Assembly: GCF_018977255.1 (NCBI RefSeq)
Contig: NW_024704743.1
Location: forward strand, 21,206,001-21,270,000
Reading direction: 5' to 3'
Source of the DNA: Callorhinchus milii
Taxonomy: Eukaryota
DNA: 64,000 bases
In this document: positions 11,608 to 24,126 of the stretch, in pieces
Position numbering within the stretch: position 1 is the first letter of the stretch
How the letters are laid out: every line of letters begins with the position of its first letter
Translations under genes and position numbers: made by a program
The notes under the pieces: generated by a model
What the model was told of the DNA's origin: nothing
Database searches by the model: none
The model's input: the letters and a program-made list of their open reading frames with translations, nothing else

Positions 11608-13364
11608 AGTGTGCTGTTGTGATAACTATTACTGTATGTTGTCTGAGCAGATCAGAGATGAGGATTGAATTGTTGTGTGCATCTGGAACCTTGGCTCCAA
11701 AGAGACTTACTTTTCTGGCTTTGTTCCCCCAAAAGTTTCTACTTAAAGGAACATGTCCCTCCCCCATTGTGAGTTCTTTCAAAAACAACATTCTTAGTCT
11801 GTCTATGAATACCTTAAAACATAAGATTGTGCAGAATTCTGGAACATTTTAAAATTTAGTCTGAATTTCTCAAGTCAGTTTTCTGCAGGTCTTTTCATGA
11901 ATTGCGGAAAAACAGCTTCTAAATCTGATCAATGACAAAAGAAAGGAATTTGCAAAGTAAAGTCACTCTGAGACATGAATAAATGCATAAATGAGATTAA
12001 TGAAGGTTTGGATGGCAATATCGTGTATTTTTTTAAGCCAAAATAGAAGGCCTACAGAATTTCTTATATGCTTTTTAAAAAAAAAGACATGCAGCTGAAC
12101 TTTTAAAACTTTAGCGTTAATTCCACTATGGACCAATAGAATTTTGTGTCCTATTTCTATTGAACTGAATGGTGAGGTGTACAGATGGAATTTGTCTGGC
12201 TCCACCCAGGACTGAAATGGTATAATTTAGTTGTTTAAAAACAAGAACACTGGAAGCCTTCCATTCTCTACATAAACACAAAGCACATTCTGCAGAGTCT
12301 ATTATTAGGTCCTAAATTCCACAACCAATTAACCCAGGAAATGTAATCCCTTTTATTGTGAATCTTTTATGTTTGAGACAGCACATTATAATCAGTTGGA
12401 GCCTGGAATCATTTGCCTACAACTGGGTTGGTCTGAGATCTGCAAATACAGTATTTTGCCAATGTTGAATTGTAACTTCCTAACTTTTTGTCTTCTTAAT
12501 TGATTCTGCAGCTATGAAACCTTTTTCATCATGTTTGGTTTCTATTTCCACAATCAGAATGCACAGTAAGAACATGTGTAGTCTTGTTTCTTTATAAGCA
12601 AAGGCTTGTCAAAGTAAACCACTTGGTAGCTTCACAAAAGTGAAACATTCCTTTGTCTTGCATCTTTGCTGCATCTGGAAAATATGGAGAGACACTGAGA
12701 CATCCAAATGTTAGTGATAATCTATTCAGTCCACAGGATCTGAAACATTAATCAGACATTTATCTATCACCTCATTCCAAATGAGTAATGTTGAGATGGT
12801 AGTTTTAATTCTCTTTAAAATATATGGCCTGTTATTCATTAGATAATTTGGCAAGTTAATAGGGTGCAACGACTTGATGAATCAATCATTTAATGCTATA
12901 ATTGTTTATACTGTGTTGTCTCTTCTAAAATAAAAGTCAGCAGTACTTACAATACCAAGTTTTTTTTAGCAGCTGTTCTGGTTTGGATTCAGTTCTTGGC
13001 AATTCAATCATTTTCATTCATTCAATAGAACTTTTTACATGCATTGAACTCCATGTAAAAGTAAACGTAAATTAAAGGAATATTTCAGTATCCAATACTT
13101 CTTAATGATTTTTATTTCCTGTTGTGTAAGAAAGTCAATGTTGCCAAAATATTTGCAGATCACAGATCCACCCAGTTGTGAAATCTGTACTAATATGTAC
13201 TGTTGAATCTGGAAAATTTACGTGGACTCAATTCCACAGTCAGGCCTACTTTTGATTGATTTGTTCATTAAAGTCCATTCCTGCAACCCTGACCTCCAGT
13301 TTGCAGATTGTGTTAACAAAGTGTAAAGAAGGAATTACAAATGCTCTTATTTAAGTACTTGGTT

Positions 13365-13635
13365 CTTGCTGCACATCCCCACATTCTCAGTGGCACCATC
13401 GGTGGCCAGGCTTTTAGATTGTACGCCCCTAAACTCTGGATCTCCCGCGCTCTACTCTGTTATCTCACCCTCCTCTCCAGCTGTCTATAAGTCCTGCCTT
13501 AAAGTCAACCTCTTCAACCATGCCTACTGCCAGCTCCCCCTTGCTTCTCTTTGCTCAGCATATGACTTCCTCTTTGTAAAGTGCTTGGAGACATTAGCTG
13601 AAGTGAAGGATGCTATATATAAAAACGACTTGTCA
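13365..13635 (+). mobile_element. Decayed L2 3' end
   Basis: YKSCLKVNLFNHAY-like C-terminus and tail GTAAAGTGCTTGGAGACATT...GGATGCTATATA. Confidence 0.6.
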
Positions 13636-13879
13636 ATGAAAATGAATCACATGATTTAATTTAATTGATGAATTATATAATTAAGGGCATCTTTAATTGC
13701 CTCTTTACACATGTGTTTGCAAACATTAACGGAACCTGCATATTAGGCCCCAGTATAGCCTTATTTTAACTCCTTGCCTCAATCCCCCTGCCTTGTCCCC
13801 TCCCAGCTTGTACTTATCATTTCTTTGCAGGTAAGGGCACACAGTGAAGCATCAGTAAATTTAATGACAAGGGGAGAAT

Positions 13880-14230
13880 AATACGTAGAACCGTTGAACC
13901 AAAGAAGCCTACAGTACAGAAGAGGATAATTGGCTCTCTTAAGAGCAATCATTTCAGTCCCATTTATCTGCCCTTTCTCCATATTCTTGTAGCCAACTCT
14001 TTTTAAGGTATTTGTCCAACAACAACAAAATTACATTCGTATAGCGCCTTTCACTTTCGTGAAAAAAATTCTCCTAATCTCTGGATTTGCTTATTTGATA
14101 GCTATCTTAAATTGATGCCCTCGAGTCATTATTTCCAAAATTATTTCAAAATTATTTCCACTGACTAGTGGAAATAATTTCTCCCTATTGACTCTATAAA
14201 ACCCAACATAATTTTAAATACCTTTATCAG
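13880..14230 (-). mobile_element. Decayed CR1 3' fragment
   Basis: Reverse complement resembles the 3' part of 1115-2053 (GTCAATAGGGAGAAATTATTTCCACT...). Confidence 0.55.
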
Positions 14231-14364
14231 GTTACCCCTCACCCTGCTTTGTTCCATCCCTACAACTTTCAGTATGTACTTGGTTACCGTTTTCTCCTCT
14301 GGTACCCAAGTGCATTTTGAAAGTGTCGAAATTCAGTGGCCTGCCTTCAGATGTGAGATATAAG

Positions 14365-14735
14365 AATAATAATCCTTGCATTTGATATAGCGTCTTATCA
14401 CATTTTCGAGACGTCTCAAAGTGCTTCACAAAATACACTGTAAAGTGAATTGACTGTATATTTTGTGGGCGAAACGCGGCAGCCAATTGCACACAGCAGT
14501 GTCCCTCAAACACTCGTAGATTCAGTGACCATTTATTATTTATTATTACTTTTTGAAGGAATTATTACCCGCAGAAAAGAGACTCACCAATCGACTAACA
14601 ACCGGGTCCTGCTTACTGCGAGGTAAACAGAGGCGTGTGGAGTAAGGAAACTTGCCCAAAGTTTCGCCCTGCCAGGAATCAAACCCAGGTCTCTCGCTTG
14701 CGAGGCGAGCGCTCTAACCACTGAGCTACAGGACT
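14365..14735 (-). mobile_element. tRNA-derived SINE, long form, full length
   Basis: Head 14664-14735 folds into a cloverleaf with a CGC anticodon; internal segment present; tail present. Confidence 0.95.
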
Positions 14736-15409
14736 TTACAGAATTGAGTGAGGCCTTTGCACTATGAAGAAGGAAGGAAATCTAAGGTGGTTGGTTTGTG
14801 TAGTCTGGGCAGGGTGCATCTGTGCAGGTGTTAGACGTACCAATGGGGGGCAAACAACAATAATTTCTCTTTGTCTAAACTAATTCTGATCATATTGAAG
14901 CGGGACTACGTTTGTCAGAGGCCTTTGGCATTGCTGTCTTCTATGGATTTCATGTCCAAACCTATTGCGTTGTTTGTGTATGAGATCACAGCAAAAATGA
15001 TGCATGATTTTTCATGCTCCCTGGCACGGATGGCGTCTCTTTCAGTTTGTTTTCTTGTCAGTCAGTTTTTTAAGAAAATATGAATTTTATAAATTTATTT
15101 CCCATCATGTTTTCTCCTCCATCTTTCTCTCCATTCCTCCTCTCTGAAAGCATTTAAATCCTTTATCCTTCTATTGACCTGCAGATCCTCGGGTGCTGGG
15201 TGCTCCCCAGACGTTACCCAAATTACCTTTATTCTTGTGTGAGCATTACCAGTGATTGTCGGAAGGCTATTTAACCATGGGATAAAGGGGGCATCACAGC
15301 AGTCCTCAATCCTGCCTTCACCCAATATATTTGTGCGCACATCTTCCAACACAGGTCTGCCAATTTGCAACGCAGGTGTAAATTTGTTGTTGCTGTTGTT
15401 GTTATTTTG

Positions 15410-15710
15410 CGAATTCAAGATCCTCATCCTCACCTACAAGGCCATTCACGGCCTTGCTCCCTCCTACCTCTCCGACCTACTATCCCCCTACTTACTCCTT
15501 CAAGGCCGGTCTCAAGACCTTTCTCTTCGACCGTGCCTTCAGCTCCCCTCTCGACTCTCTACCCCCTCCTTGCTCCCTCCCTTCCCTCCCCTCACCCTGA
15601 CCATTTCCCCCCGCTCGGGTCCTGACCCAACTGTACAGCGCCTTGGGACGTCCTCCCGACGTGAAAGGCGCTCTATAAATGAAATCTTGTTGTTCTTGTT
15701 GTTGTTGTTG
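15410..15710 (+). mobile_element. Young L2 LINE 3' end with internal deletion
   Basis: EFKILILTYKAIHGLAPSYLSDLLSPY; CpG-rich tail CAGCGCCTTGGGACGTCCTCCCGACGTGAAAGGCGCT; (TTG)n end. Confidence 0.92.
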
Positions 15711-15959
15711 TATTGTGGTTAGCCAGAAGAAATGCTGGTTAATTTTCCTCTCGCTAACCCAGGCTAATTGTAGCATCCCAGTGAGATTACCTATTCAACA
15801 TAGACCAGGATTTGAGTCTGTACCTTTCTGTACAGCCTAGTGCTGCATTTGTAGCACTGGGCTGTACCTTTATCATCGAGAGAGCTAAACAATGTTATCT
15901 CTTATTTAAGTTGTGCTTGCTTTCTGGAACTTAATCCTGGAGTTCATTCGATTTGTTTG

Positions 15960-16365
15960 CTTTCTCCCCTCTTTCAAAGCACATCTCAAAACGTACCTCT
16001 TTGACCACTCTTTTGATAATCTTTCCCCTCTCCACACACCCTGGCTTCCAACCTCAGCTCAGGTGCCCATCCAGCAGTGTGAATGTGCTTTGAGATATCT
16101 TCCTTTGTGCTTTGTGAAAGGCGCTATATAAGTGTGTATTGTATTGTAAATGACATGCACACAGATGTTGTTAATTATATAATTAAGGTCAGGGAGGGTA
16201 GGGGTAGCCATTCATCCTCCTATTCACCCCACCCCCCCCCACCCTCTGCTCCCCACCACTCCTGATCCCAACCTCCTGCTCAAGTCTGAATCTCTGACTG
16301 TGCAGCGCCTTGGGACATCATCCTGATGTGAAAGGCACTATATACATGTAATTTGTTGTTGTTGT
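15960..16365 (+). mobile_element. Two tandem L2 3' tails
   Basis: FKAHLKTYLFDHSF in ORF 15913; second tail GCAGCGCCTTGGGACATCATCCTGATGTGAAAGGCACT...TTGTTGTTG. Confidence 0.7.
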
Positions 16366-16690
16366 ACACGTTTCCACAAGTCACATGATAAGCCATGTGG
16401 ATTCCACAACTCATAACAACAAATTGCATTTATTTAGTACCCTTCACATGGGGTAGCTTTTTGAAACTCAGCCAATGGAACCCACTGCAATAGATGGTTG
16501 TACAATGAATGCAAAGCTCTCATCAAACTTTAGGATTCCACATCGTGAATCTGTCCTACTCCTGTAATTCTTGATTGCAGTTCTTAATTGCCTATGTGAT
16601 GTCTATTAACATCATTTCAATTGTCTGAATAAGCAGCAAACAACTAGACCAATTTTCGTGCTGAGAAATAAACTGGTAAATTATCTATAT

Positions 16691-17072
16691 GTCCTGTAGC
16701 TCAGTGGTTAGAGTACTTGCCTTGCAAGCAAGAGACCTGGGTTCAGTTCCCTGCAGGATGAAATGTTGGGCAAGTTTCCTTACTCCACATGCCTCTGTTT
16801 ACCTAGCAGTAAGTAGGAACCCAGTTGTTAGTCGTTTGGCAGATTGCTTTTTCGGAGGTTATAATTCCTTCAAAAAAATAATAATAGTAATAAATTGGTC
16901 ACTCAATCCACAACTGCTTGTGGAACACTGCTGTGCGCAATTGGCTGCTGCATCTTGCCCACAAAATATGCAGTGAATTCACTTTACAGTATATTCTGTG
17001 AAGTGCTTTGAGACGTCTAGAAGACTTGATAAGGCGCTATATTAAATGCAAGGATTATTATCATCATTATTA
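16691..17072 (+). mobile_element. tRNA-derived SINE, long form
   Basis: GTCCTGTAGCTCAGTGGTTAGAG head, internal segment, AAATGCAAGGATTATTAT tail. Confidence 0.95.
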
Positions 17073-17124
17073 TATATTTTTTAAAAATCTTTCTTCTCCT
17101 CAATGAGAAGACCAGAGATTTTTA

Positions 17125-17395
17125 ATAATAGTAATAATATTTGATATAACACCGTATCACAAAGCCGAGGTCTCAAGTGTGCTTCACTGGAATTTCCATA
17201 AAGTGTAGTCATTGCGTATTTGGAAGTGAATGTGGTAGCCTATTTTGAGCACAGTAATATCCTACTGTGAAACTATGAAGTGAGTGACTAATTTTTTGGG
17301 GGGATTGTTGGCCTGGACACTAGAAGAAACTGCCTTCTCTTTTCTAATAGTGCTATGGGTCTTTGAACGTGCACCTGAACAGGCATACTTGGGTT
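17125..17395 (-). mobile_element. Decayed Deu-domain SINE, 3' part
   Basis: GGGGATTGTTGGCCTGGACAC...ATAGTGCTATGGG is the reverse complement of the Deu core. Confidence 0.55.
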
Positions 17396-17419
17396 AATAT
17401 ACACAAGTTGATGATGCTG

Positions 17420-18232
17420 TTCTATGTTTTTATAAGTAGTGGAATAAAATAAAAGCATAGGTATAATGCTAAGCCTGTATAAATCATTGGTTAGGCCACA
17501 GGTAGGAGTGTTTGTTTTCCAGAATTGGGCACCTCACTGTATCAAAGATGTCAAGGCCATAGAGATGGTGCAGAGGAGACTGTTACCAGGAATGCATTTA
17601 AAAACAACTTGTTTTTCCAGTCTTTTCCTGTAAATATTTTACTTATGAGAAAAAAATGGAAAAACAACTTGTTTTCAAAATTAGAAGAGGTTTTGATTAT
17701 GCAAATAGGGAGAAATTATTTCCAGTATAAAAGTATGATGAGAGCTTTGCATTCATGGTTGGTGAATCACTAATTAGATGGCTATATTTAAGGTAATTAC
17801 CAAAATATCAAAGGGAGAAGTTAGAAGTTCTTTTACGCGGAGGATAGTTGGAATGTGGAATGTGCTAATTAATGTGGGATGTGCTAAATTTTCACACCTT
17901 AGATCATTAATTCTTATGTTATTATCTCTGGATACAGTACTATATATAGTTTGGGACATGACATGTGCATGTAACTGCCAGGATGGTGTAAGGCGAACTG
18001 GATGGACCTTGATCTTCTTTCTTCCAGCAAATTCTTACCTGGATTCATTTAGTGAGGCAGAATCCGTATTCTCTTTTAAAAGGGGATATAGATTGTAGTC
18101 AGGCAAAATCTAAAAGCGCTTGGGGAAAAGGCAGGGGAATTGGGACTAAAGGGATAGCTCATTCGGAGAGTCAGTATTGACATGATGGACCGAATGGCCT
18201 CCTTCTATGCTGCATGTTTCTGTGGTTCTATC
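17420..18232 (+). mobile_element. Decayed CR1 3' region
   Basis: CTGTATAAATCATTGGTTAGGCCACA (LYKSLVRP); VRSSFTRRIVGMWN in ORF 17778; 3' UTR ATGATGGACCGAATGGCCTCCTTCTATGCTG. Confidence 0.75.
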
Positions 18233-18944
18233 TATAGTAAAATGTCCCTTGGTAGCATCGCTGTGTGAGAACAGCACACTCTCAATCACTGTGCTTCAGA
18301 GATCTCAGTGGCCTTACATGCTATAACAATCTTAGTCTCTCTTCACTTACTATGCTAACTGGAATTTCTGGCTCGCTATCCAGAAAGTGAAATATTTTAC
18401 AGATTCATGAACCTGTGATGACAATAGCAGAGCTCTTCAGTCCTCCATTAATCTTGGCTCCTACCTGGATTAAGTGTGACCTCAATTATAGGACTAGTTC
18501 AATGGCAGGAAATTACACTTCCGGAGGCAAAGAGAGAGTGTGCTTACATTGAATGGTTTCCTCCTGCTTCAACCCAGTTATATTGTGAAAGAGAATTGAA
18601 AAAGATCAACATGATTTAATGGAATTTGAATCAATTTCCATCTTCTCCACATTGAAATAACAGACGTTTGTTTTTGAACCTTTCGATAAACAGAAATTAC
18701 TTTGATACAAATCCTTGGTGAAGGTCATGTTTTGTTTAGTCATGAGGAAGTTACATCATTTCCATTTCTTTTACATAGGGCATCACACATTCAGGAGTCA
18801 GTGACTGATAGGGGTGTCTGTAGGGAAACTAATGAGGCGACAAGAGGGGGATGGGGAATGCCTATAACGGAGGACATGGGGGAGAGGGATGGGCCTCTAC
18901 ATGAAATACGAAGATACTTTGATTGCTTGTGTCCAATTATTTTC

Positions 18945-19280
18945 TAATTTTCTCCCATTCAAATAGGTCTCCCTGCTCTTGCTGGGGTGTGGTTTCACAG
19001 ACACTGGTACCCACTCAAACGGCCATCATTCATGTATGAGTCGTGGCTGTGAGGGTCAGCACAACACTCAATTGTACAGGCCATTACAGTCAAGCCTGAC
19101 CTTTCCTCAAATGGCTACCACACACTCGCACTACCGGTAGAGAGTGCTGTGGAGGGACCAGGAGCAAGAATCCTGGTTGCTTTTACTCGCCCTAACCCTG
19201 AGAAGACTGGGGCCAGTTTTGCCTCCCTGTGCAGCCCGGGCTGAGGTGAGCAATTTAGCCAAATCTAGAGTGGGAACTCT
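18945..19280 (-). mobile_element. Ancient SINE-like dispersed repeat, family not assigned
   Basis: Reverse complement similar to 51780-52160 and 61350-61655. Confidence 0.55.
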
Positions 19281-19705
19281 TTCTAATGATAATGGGAGTT
19301 CAAACTGTTAATATTGACATTTTCTGCAGATTGTCATCCTCCTGCTCCACCCCCACCACCCTGGAATTTCACTTCCAGTTGATCTACTTTCAGAGTGACA
19401 TTCCCATGGGTCTGAGTGCTGAACAATATTAATAAATCCAGTTGTTGATCACCACTATTTTATTCCCATTGTCCTTTGTTTGGGCAGCGCATGCGGAAAC
19501 TCATCACTGTGCTTAAGGGCACCCGTACCAAACTGAAACAGCTTCTTGCATTCCACCTACACAAGGAAAAGCCTGTGTCTGGCTCCCACCTGTCATGAGT
19601 AGAACAAATCGGAACAGGGCGAGCAACATAAATTAGACAGAATTCAGTCCCATGGTTTAAATCTTTGCACATAAACGGATTAACACGTAAGTATATTAGT
19701 AGCTT

Positions 19706-20071
19706 TAATAATAATAATGCTTGCACTTGATATGGAGCCTTAACATGTCTTTGAGATGTCTCAAAGTACTTCACAGAATATACTGTAAAGTGAATTTACT
19801 GTATTTTTTTTGTGGGCGAAATGCGACAGCCAGAAACTGTCCCACAAACTGTCGTGGATTGAGTGACCAATTTATTTTTTTTGAAGGAATTTTTTTTTTA
19901 CCCCCGGAAAAGCGATCCATCAATCGACTTACAACCGGTTCCTACTTATTGCTAGGTAAACAGAGGCGTGTGAAGTAAGGACATGTGCCCAACATTTCAC
20001 CCTGCCGGGAATCAAACCCAGGTCTCTCGCTTGCGAGGCGAGTGCTCTAACCACTAAGCTACAGAACTCCA
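19706..20071 (-). mobile_element. tRNA-derived SINE, long form
   Basis: Head, internal segment and (ATT)n tail all visible. Confidence 0.95.
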
Positions 20072-20519
20072 CTTTATGTCAAAGGTCTTGCATTAGCAAA
20101 TATTCTGGTCATTTCAGCTGTTAAATATGCTGCTGTTTAAAACTCTATAATACCAAAGGTACAAAGCTGTACCAAAGTGCTCAAACCACTGTGAAGTGAC
20201 TGTGTATTTTGTAGGTGAATGCAGCAGTCAATGTGACTCAGTGACAAGAGTGCTATCAACTGAATCAAGTTGACATGTATTAAGGAGTCGGAATGAATGT
20301 CCCTGAAAGTTCATCTTCCAGCCTTTGGAATGGAGTAAATAGTGCAAAACCATAAATGTGTCCAATCAAATGTTACTTAATAATTGTTCATGGAGAAAAT
20401 CGTGCTCTCTGTATTTTCTGCTGTGTTGCCATTAATCAATTGGTTGACTCAACTGTCGGTATTGAGAAATATCAGGTAAATATTCTAAATGGTCCACTTG
20501 TTTGACCCAGCCTGATATC

Positions 20520-20880
20520 ATCTTGTAAAGAAAGAACTTCATACCACCTTATCACATCAAAACATCTCTTCACTATAATTATTATCATGTGTATTATTAT
20601 CACTGGTTTTGTGGCCAAATGCAGTAGCCAATTGAGCCATTTATGTCCATATATAACCATGAGGTGTATGACCAGTTAATCCGGAGAACTGTTGACCTGG
20701 ACACTGGGACAAACTTTCTGTTTCTGAATACTGAATATTGTGGTACCTTTCATGTCACTTGAAAAGTTTTACATGACCTTGGTTTATCTCCTCTAAAAAA
20801 AAGGCATCTCCGACAAACCAGCAAACATCCAGTACTGCACTGAAGTGTATCCTGGACTATCAGCTCACGTCCTGGCATTA
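20520..20880 (-). mobile_element. Decayed Deu-domain SINE
   Basis: CAGTACTGCACTGAAGTGT and GTTGACCTGGACACTGGGA landmarks on the reverse strand. Confidence 0.55.
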
Positions 20881-22534
20881 AACATAGCTGCATGTTTCAC
20901 TCCATACAAGTTCTGAATTGTATAAATCAATTTATAGAATACAGTTTCAGTCTGAAATATTGAGCCCCAAATCCATTGGGGATGTTTCTTTAAAAATAAT
21001 TGAAAGATAGAACCAAGGAAAATGTTTCTTGTGAAACTAGATGTTATTCTGCTTATTATCAGCTTTAATTTACTTGAAAATGTACAAGAATGTACAAGAG
21101 ACGAGTACTTTGTCTTAAAGATTCATTCTCGAGACAACTGAAGTAGCAGTCTGGCCATACTGTAATAATAGGGTAATAACTAGACCAATTACTTTGATTT
21201 TATTCAACACTATACTGACATGTGTCAGTACAGCATGTCCTGACTTGTGAAGGAACACAGTTCCTATGTTGTTTGTCTACAAAATCCACAGCCATTGCAT
21301 TTTATAGTAAATCCTGCGAAGCCCTTCACAATGTCCTCATAGTGTGAAAGGTGCCGTATCAAATGTATGGATTATTATTTGAGGTTTTATGCCCTTTGTT
21401 TAATTAAAGAGCAATTTCAGCCACAAAACGTTAACCTTTTAATTTTGCTCCGCAAGGAATAATGGGTGTCAGCAAATCATTAAGGTTTGGGTGAAGTTTC
21501 ATTAACTGTAGCATACTGTAATTGTCAGAACAGCTGCCCTTTGAACTAGTTTCACTTTACACCTTAAAAAGAACTGTGGACAAATGGCTCCTAAATCAAG
21601 ACTGAACCTTAAAGACTTCACAATATTCTGCACCGTCTCAAATTTTAACACCGCGGCTAAGGGTCAAAGGAAATAGAAGTTCTCAGATGAGGTGCATCTC
21701 GGAAGCGAAGGTTATTACAGTTAAATAGCCCACTGATTTGTGCTGCCCCAGCTCACAAATGAAGAACAGCCACCTGGATGGTCTTTTGGCACCATTAGAA
21801 CTTTGCCTTGGCATGAGCCAACTTGTTCACATAAAGAAGAATGATGAAAAATTTGGAAGACGTTTGATTTGAAGGTATGGCCAGTAGTGAAGCGAACCAT
21901 TCTGTTGAAACATAAAAGGTGTGGCCAGAAAAGACCGTCCTGTTCTGTTTTGCTGAAATTTTGAATTAGGAACCCGTGAACAGAGGAATGGAAGTCGCTT
22001 GTATTTTCTGTTCCACAGAATGTTTACTTCACAAAGGCATAAAGACGTATAATTTTGCATTGATTCAACAAGCATAGTAGGTTACATTATAACAGCTACT
22101 ATTGACTGTAATGCTCACTTATGGCAATGTCACTGTAATGACAACATGATGGAGTAGGTTGAGTAGGTTGATGGAGTAGGCGAACATCTCTTGCTTCTCA
22201 TTTCTCATGTCTCTTTTTTTCCTTGGGATCTCATCCTGACGTGAAAGGCGCCGTATAAATTCAATTTGTTGCTGTCTCAGGAACGTTGATAAAAGTGGGT
22301 GTTGAATCTCTTGCAGTTGTGTTCCGGATGCATTCTTGTATTGTTGCAGTCGCTTCATCTTCTCTTTTGTTTTCTTCTGATGTTGCTGGAATTGCTGGAA
22401 CCTTGAATAGTCGAAGTCGAGTGGCCTGAGTCACATAAAAAATTCTGCAGAAATTCTGCCTTCCTGGAGGAGCAGGAAACATAGTCGCTCTCACTATCTC
22501 GAACCGGACATTTGGGCTGACCAACTCAGACTGA

Positions 22535-22851
22535 AATAATAATAATAATCCTTGCATTTGATATTGCGCTTTTCACATATTCTAGACGTCTCAAAGCGCT
22601 TCACAGAATAGACTGTAAAGTGAATTGAATGTACATTTGTGGGTGAAATGCGGCAGCCAATTGCGCATAGCAGTGTCCCACAAACAGTCGTGGATTGAAG
22701 TGACCAATTTAATTACTGTTTTTTTTCTTGAGGGATTATTATCAGGCGTGTGGAGTAAGGAAACTTGCCCAAGGTTTCACCCTCCCGGGAAGCAATCCCA
22801 GGTCTCTTGCTTGCGAGGCGAGGACTCTAACCACTGAGCTACAGGACTCCA
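22535..22851 (-). mobile_element. tRNA-derived SINE, short form with long-form-type tail
   Basis: Internal segment absent (GGATTATTATCAGGCGTGTGGAG), but the tail reads GAGACGTCTAGAA on the element strand. Confidence 0.92.
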
Positions 22852-23677
22852 AGAGGTACAAGTATAGCTTATACCTCTTTTATCATTGTCCTTTTTTAAC
22901 ACCAAAATGGTCCATGCAAATCTGCACACCCTCACCCAGCTGATGGTTGTTTAAACAGCATGGGACTGTACTTGGGTAATAATAATAATATAACCCATGG
23001 ACTGACTCCGATTAAAGTGATGAAGCTCCCTCCGTCACATCAACAATTAACAAGACAGCCGGAGCTGTGTTCAATTCCCTTCTTTCTTCTGAACTAATTT
23101 AACTCTTCAAGGCACAACTTACTGATATTTTCCGATAACCATTTTATCTAGAGTTGTATACCAAGTACCCCGTAACATACGTCATGCCTTAGAAATAAAT
23201 TCTACAATTCAGAGACAATTTAATTAGGCTTATAGTTTTACATGTCATTTTTAAAACTGGATAACAAGCATAAGCAATCTTCACTTGACCACAACAACCA
23301 ATTTATAATCAAGATTGACATTCCACAGGTCAGCTTGATGCTAGTTAACAAGCATTCCTGACTGCGCTAAAACAATAATCCATTGCTGATCACAACAAAA
23401 AGAGAGACTATCAAAAAGATCCTCAACCACAGATGTGAATAAACCACACAGGAGACACAGAGTCCCGAAGAACTGAAGCAGATTTGCATATTTTTCAACG
23501 CTATGATTTTCCCTGTAGTGTTCCTCTGACTAAGGTCCTTTCTGAACACCTTTTCTAGTTCATTTTCTGAATATGTCCATGGCAAATCCTACAATTTGAC
23601 ATGTGTTACCAAACCACTAGGTCTAATGATTCAGTGCATTATTTTTATTGCTGCCTGGATGGCAAGTCCAGCTGTGT

Positions 23678-23678
<1 letters not shown>

Positions 23679-23710
<32 letters not shown>

Positions 23711-24005
23711 CCTTGCATTTGATATAGCGCTTTTCACGTCGGAAGGACGTCCCAAAGCGCTTCACAGAACACACTGTAAAGTGAATTGACTGTATATTTG
23801 TGGGCGAACGCGGCAGCCAATTGCGCACAGCAATGTCCCACAAACAGTCGTAGATTGAAAATGACCAATTTAATTATTGTTTTTGGTTTTTTGGAGGGAT
23901 TATTATTAGGCGTGTGGAGTAAGGAAACTTGCCCAAGGTTTCGCCCTGCCTGGAATTGAACTCAGGTCTCTCACTTGCAAAGCGAGTGCTCTAACCACTG
24001 AGCTA
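23679..24005 (-). mobile_element. tRNA-derived SINE, short young form
   Basis: Near-identical to 8905-9227; long (AAT)n tail at 23679-23710. Confidence 0.95.
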
Positions 24006-24126
24006 AGGTCTCATTATATGTAGAGAGACAATTGGCCTACAAACAATTGAATGGAGATAATTTATTTATTGAATGTAACCTTATTTTTTTTAAAAAGGAG
24101 ACAAAATTGTACTGATGTTAATTTCA

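Noticed and set aside
22261..22532. Protein-like minus ORF (PATSEENKREDEATATIQECIRNTT) after an AG acceptor
   Set aside because: The acceptor comes from a SINE (ATT)n tail, no donor follows, the ORF runs into an L2 tail, and I do not recognise the peptide
23380..23525. Possible Penelope RT C-terminal remnant
   Set aside because: Needs several frameshifts, and the similarity is too weak to support by eye
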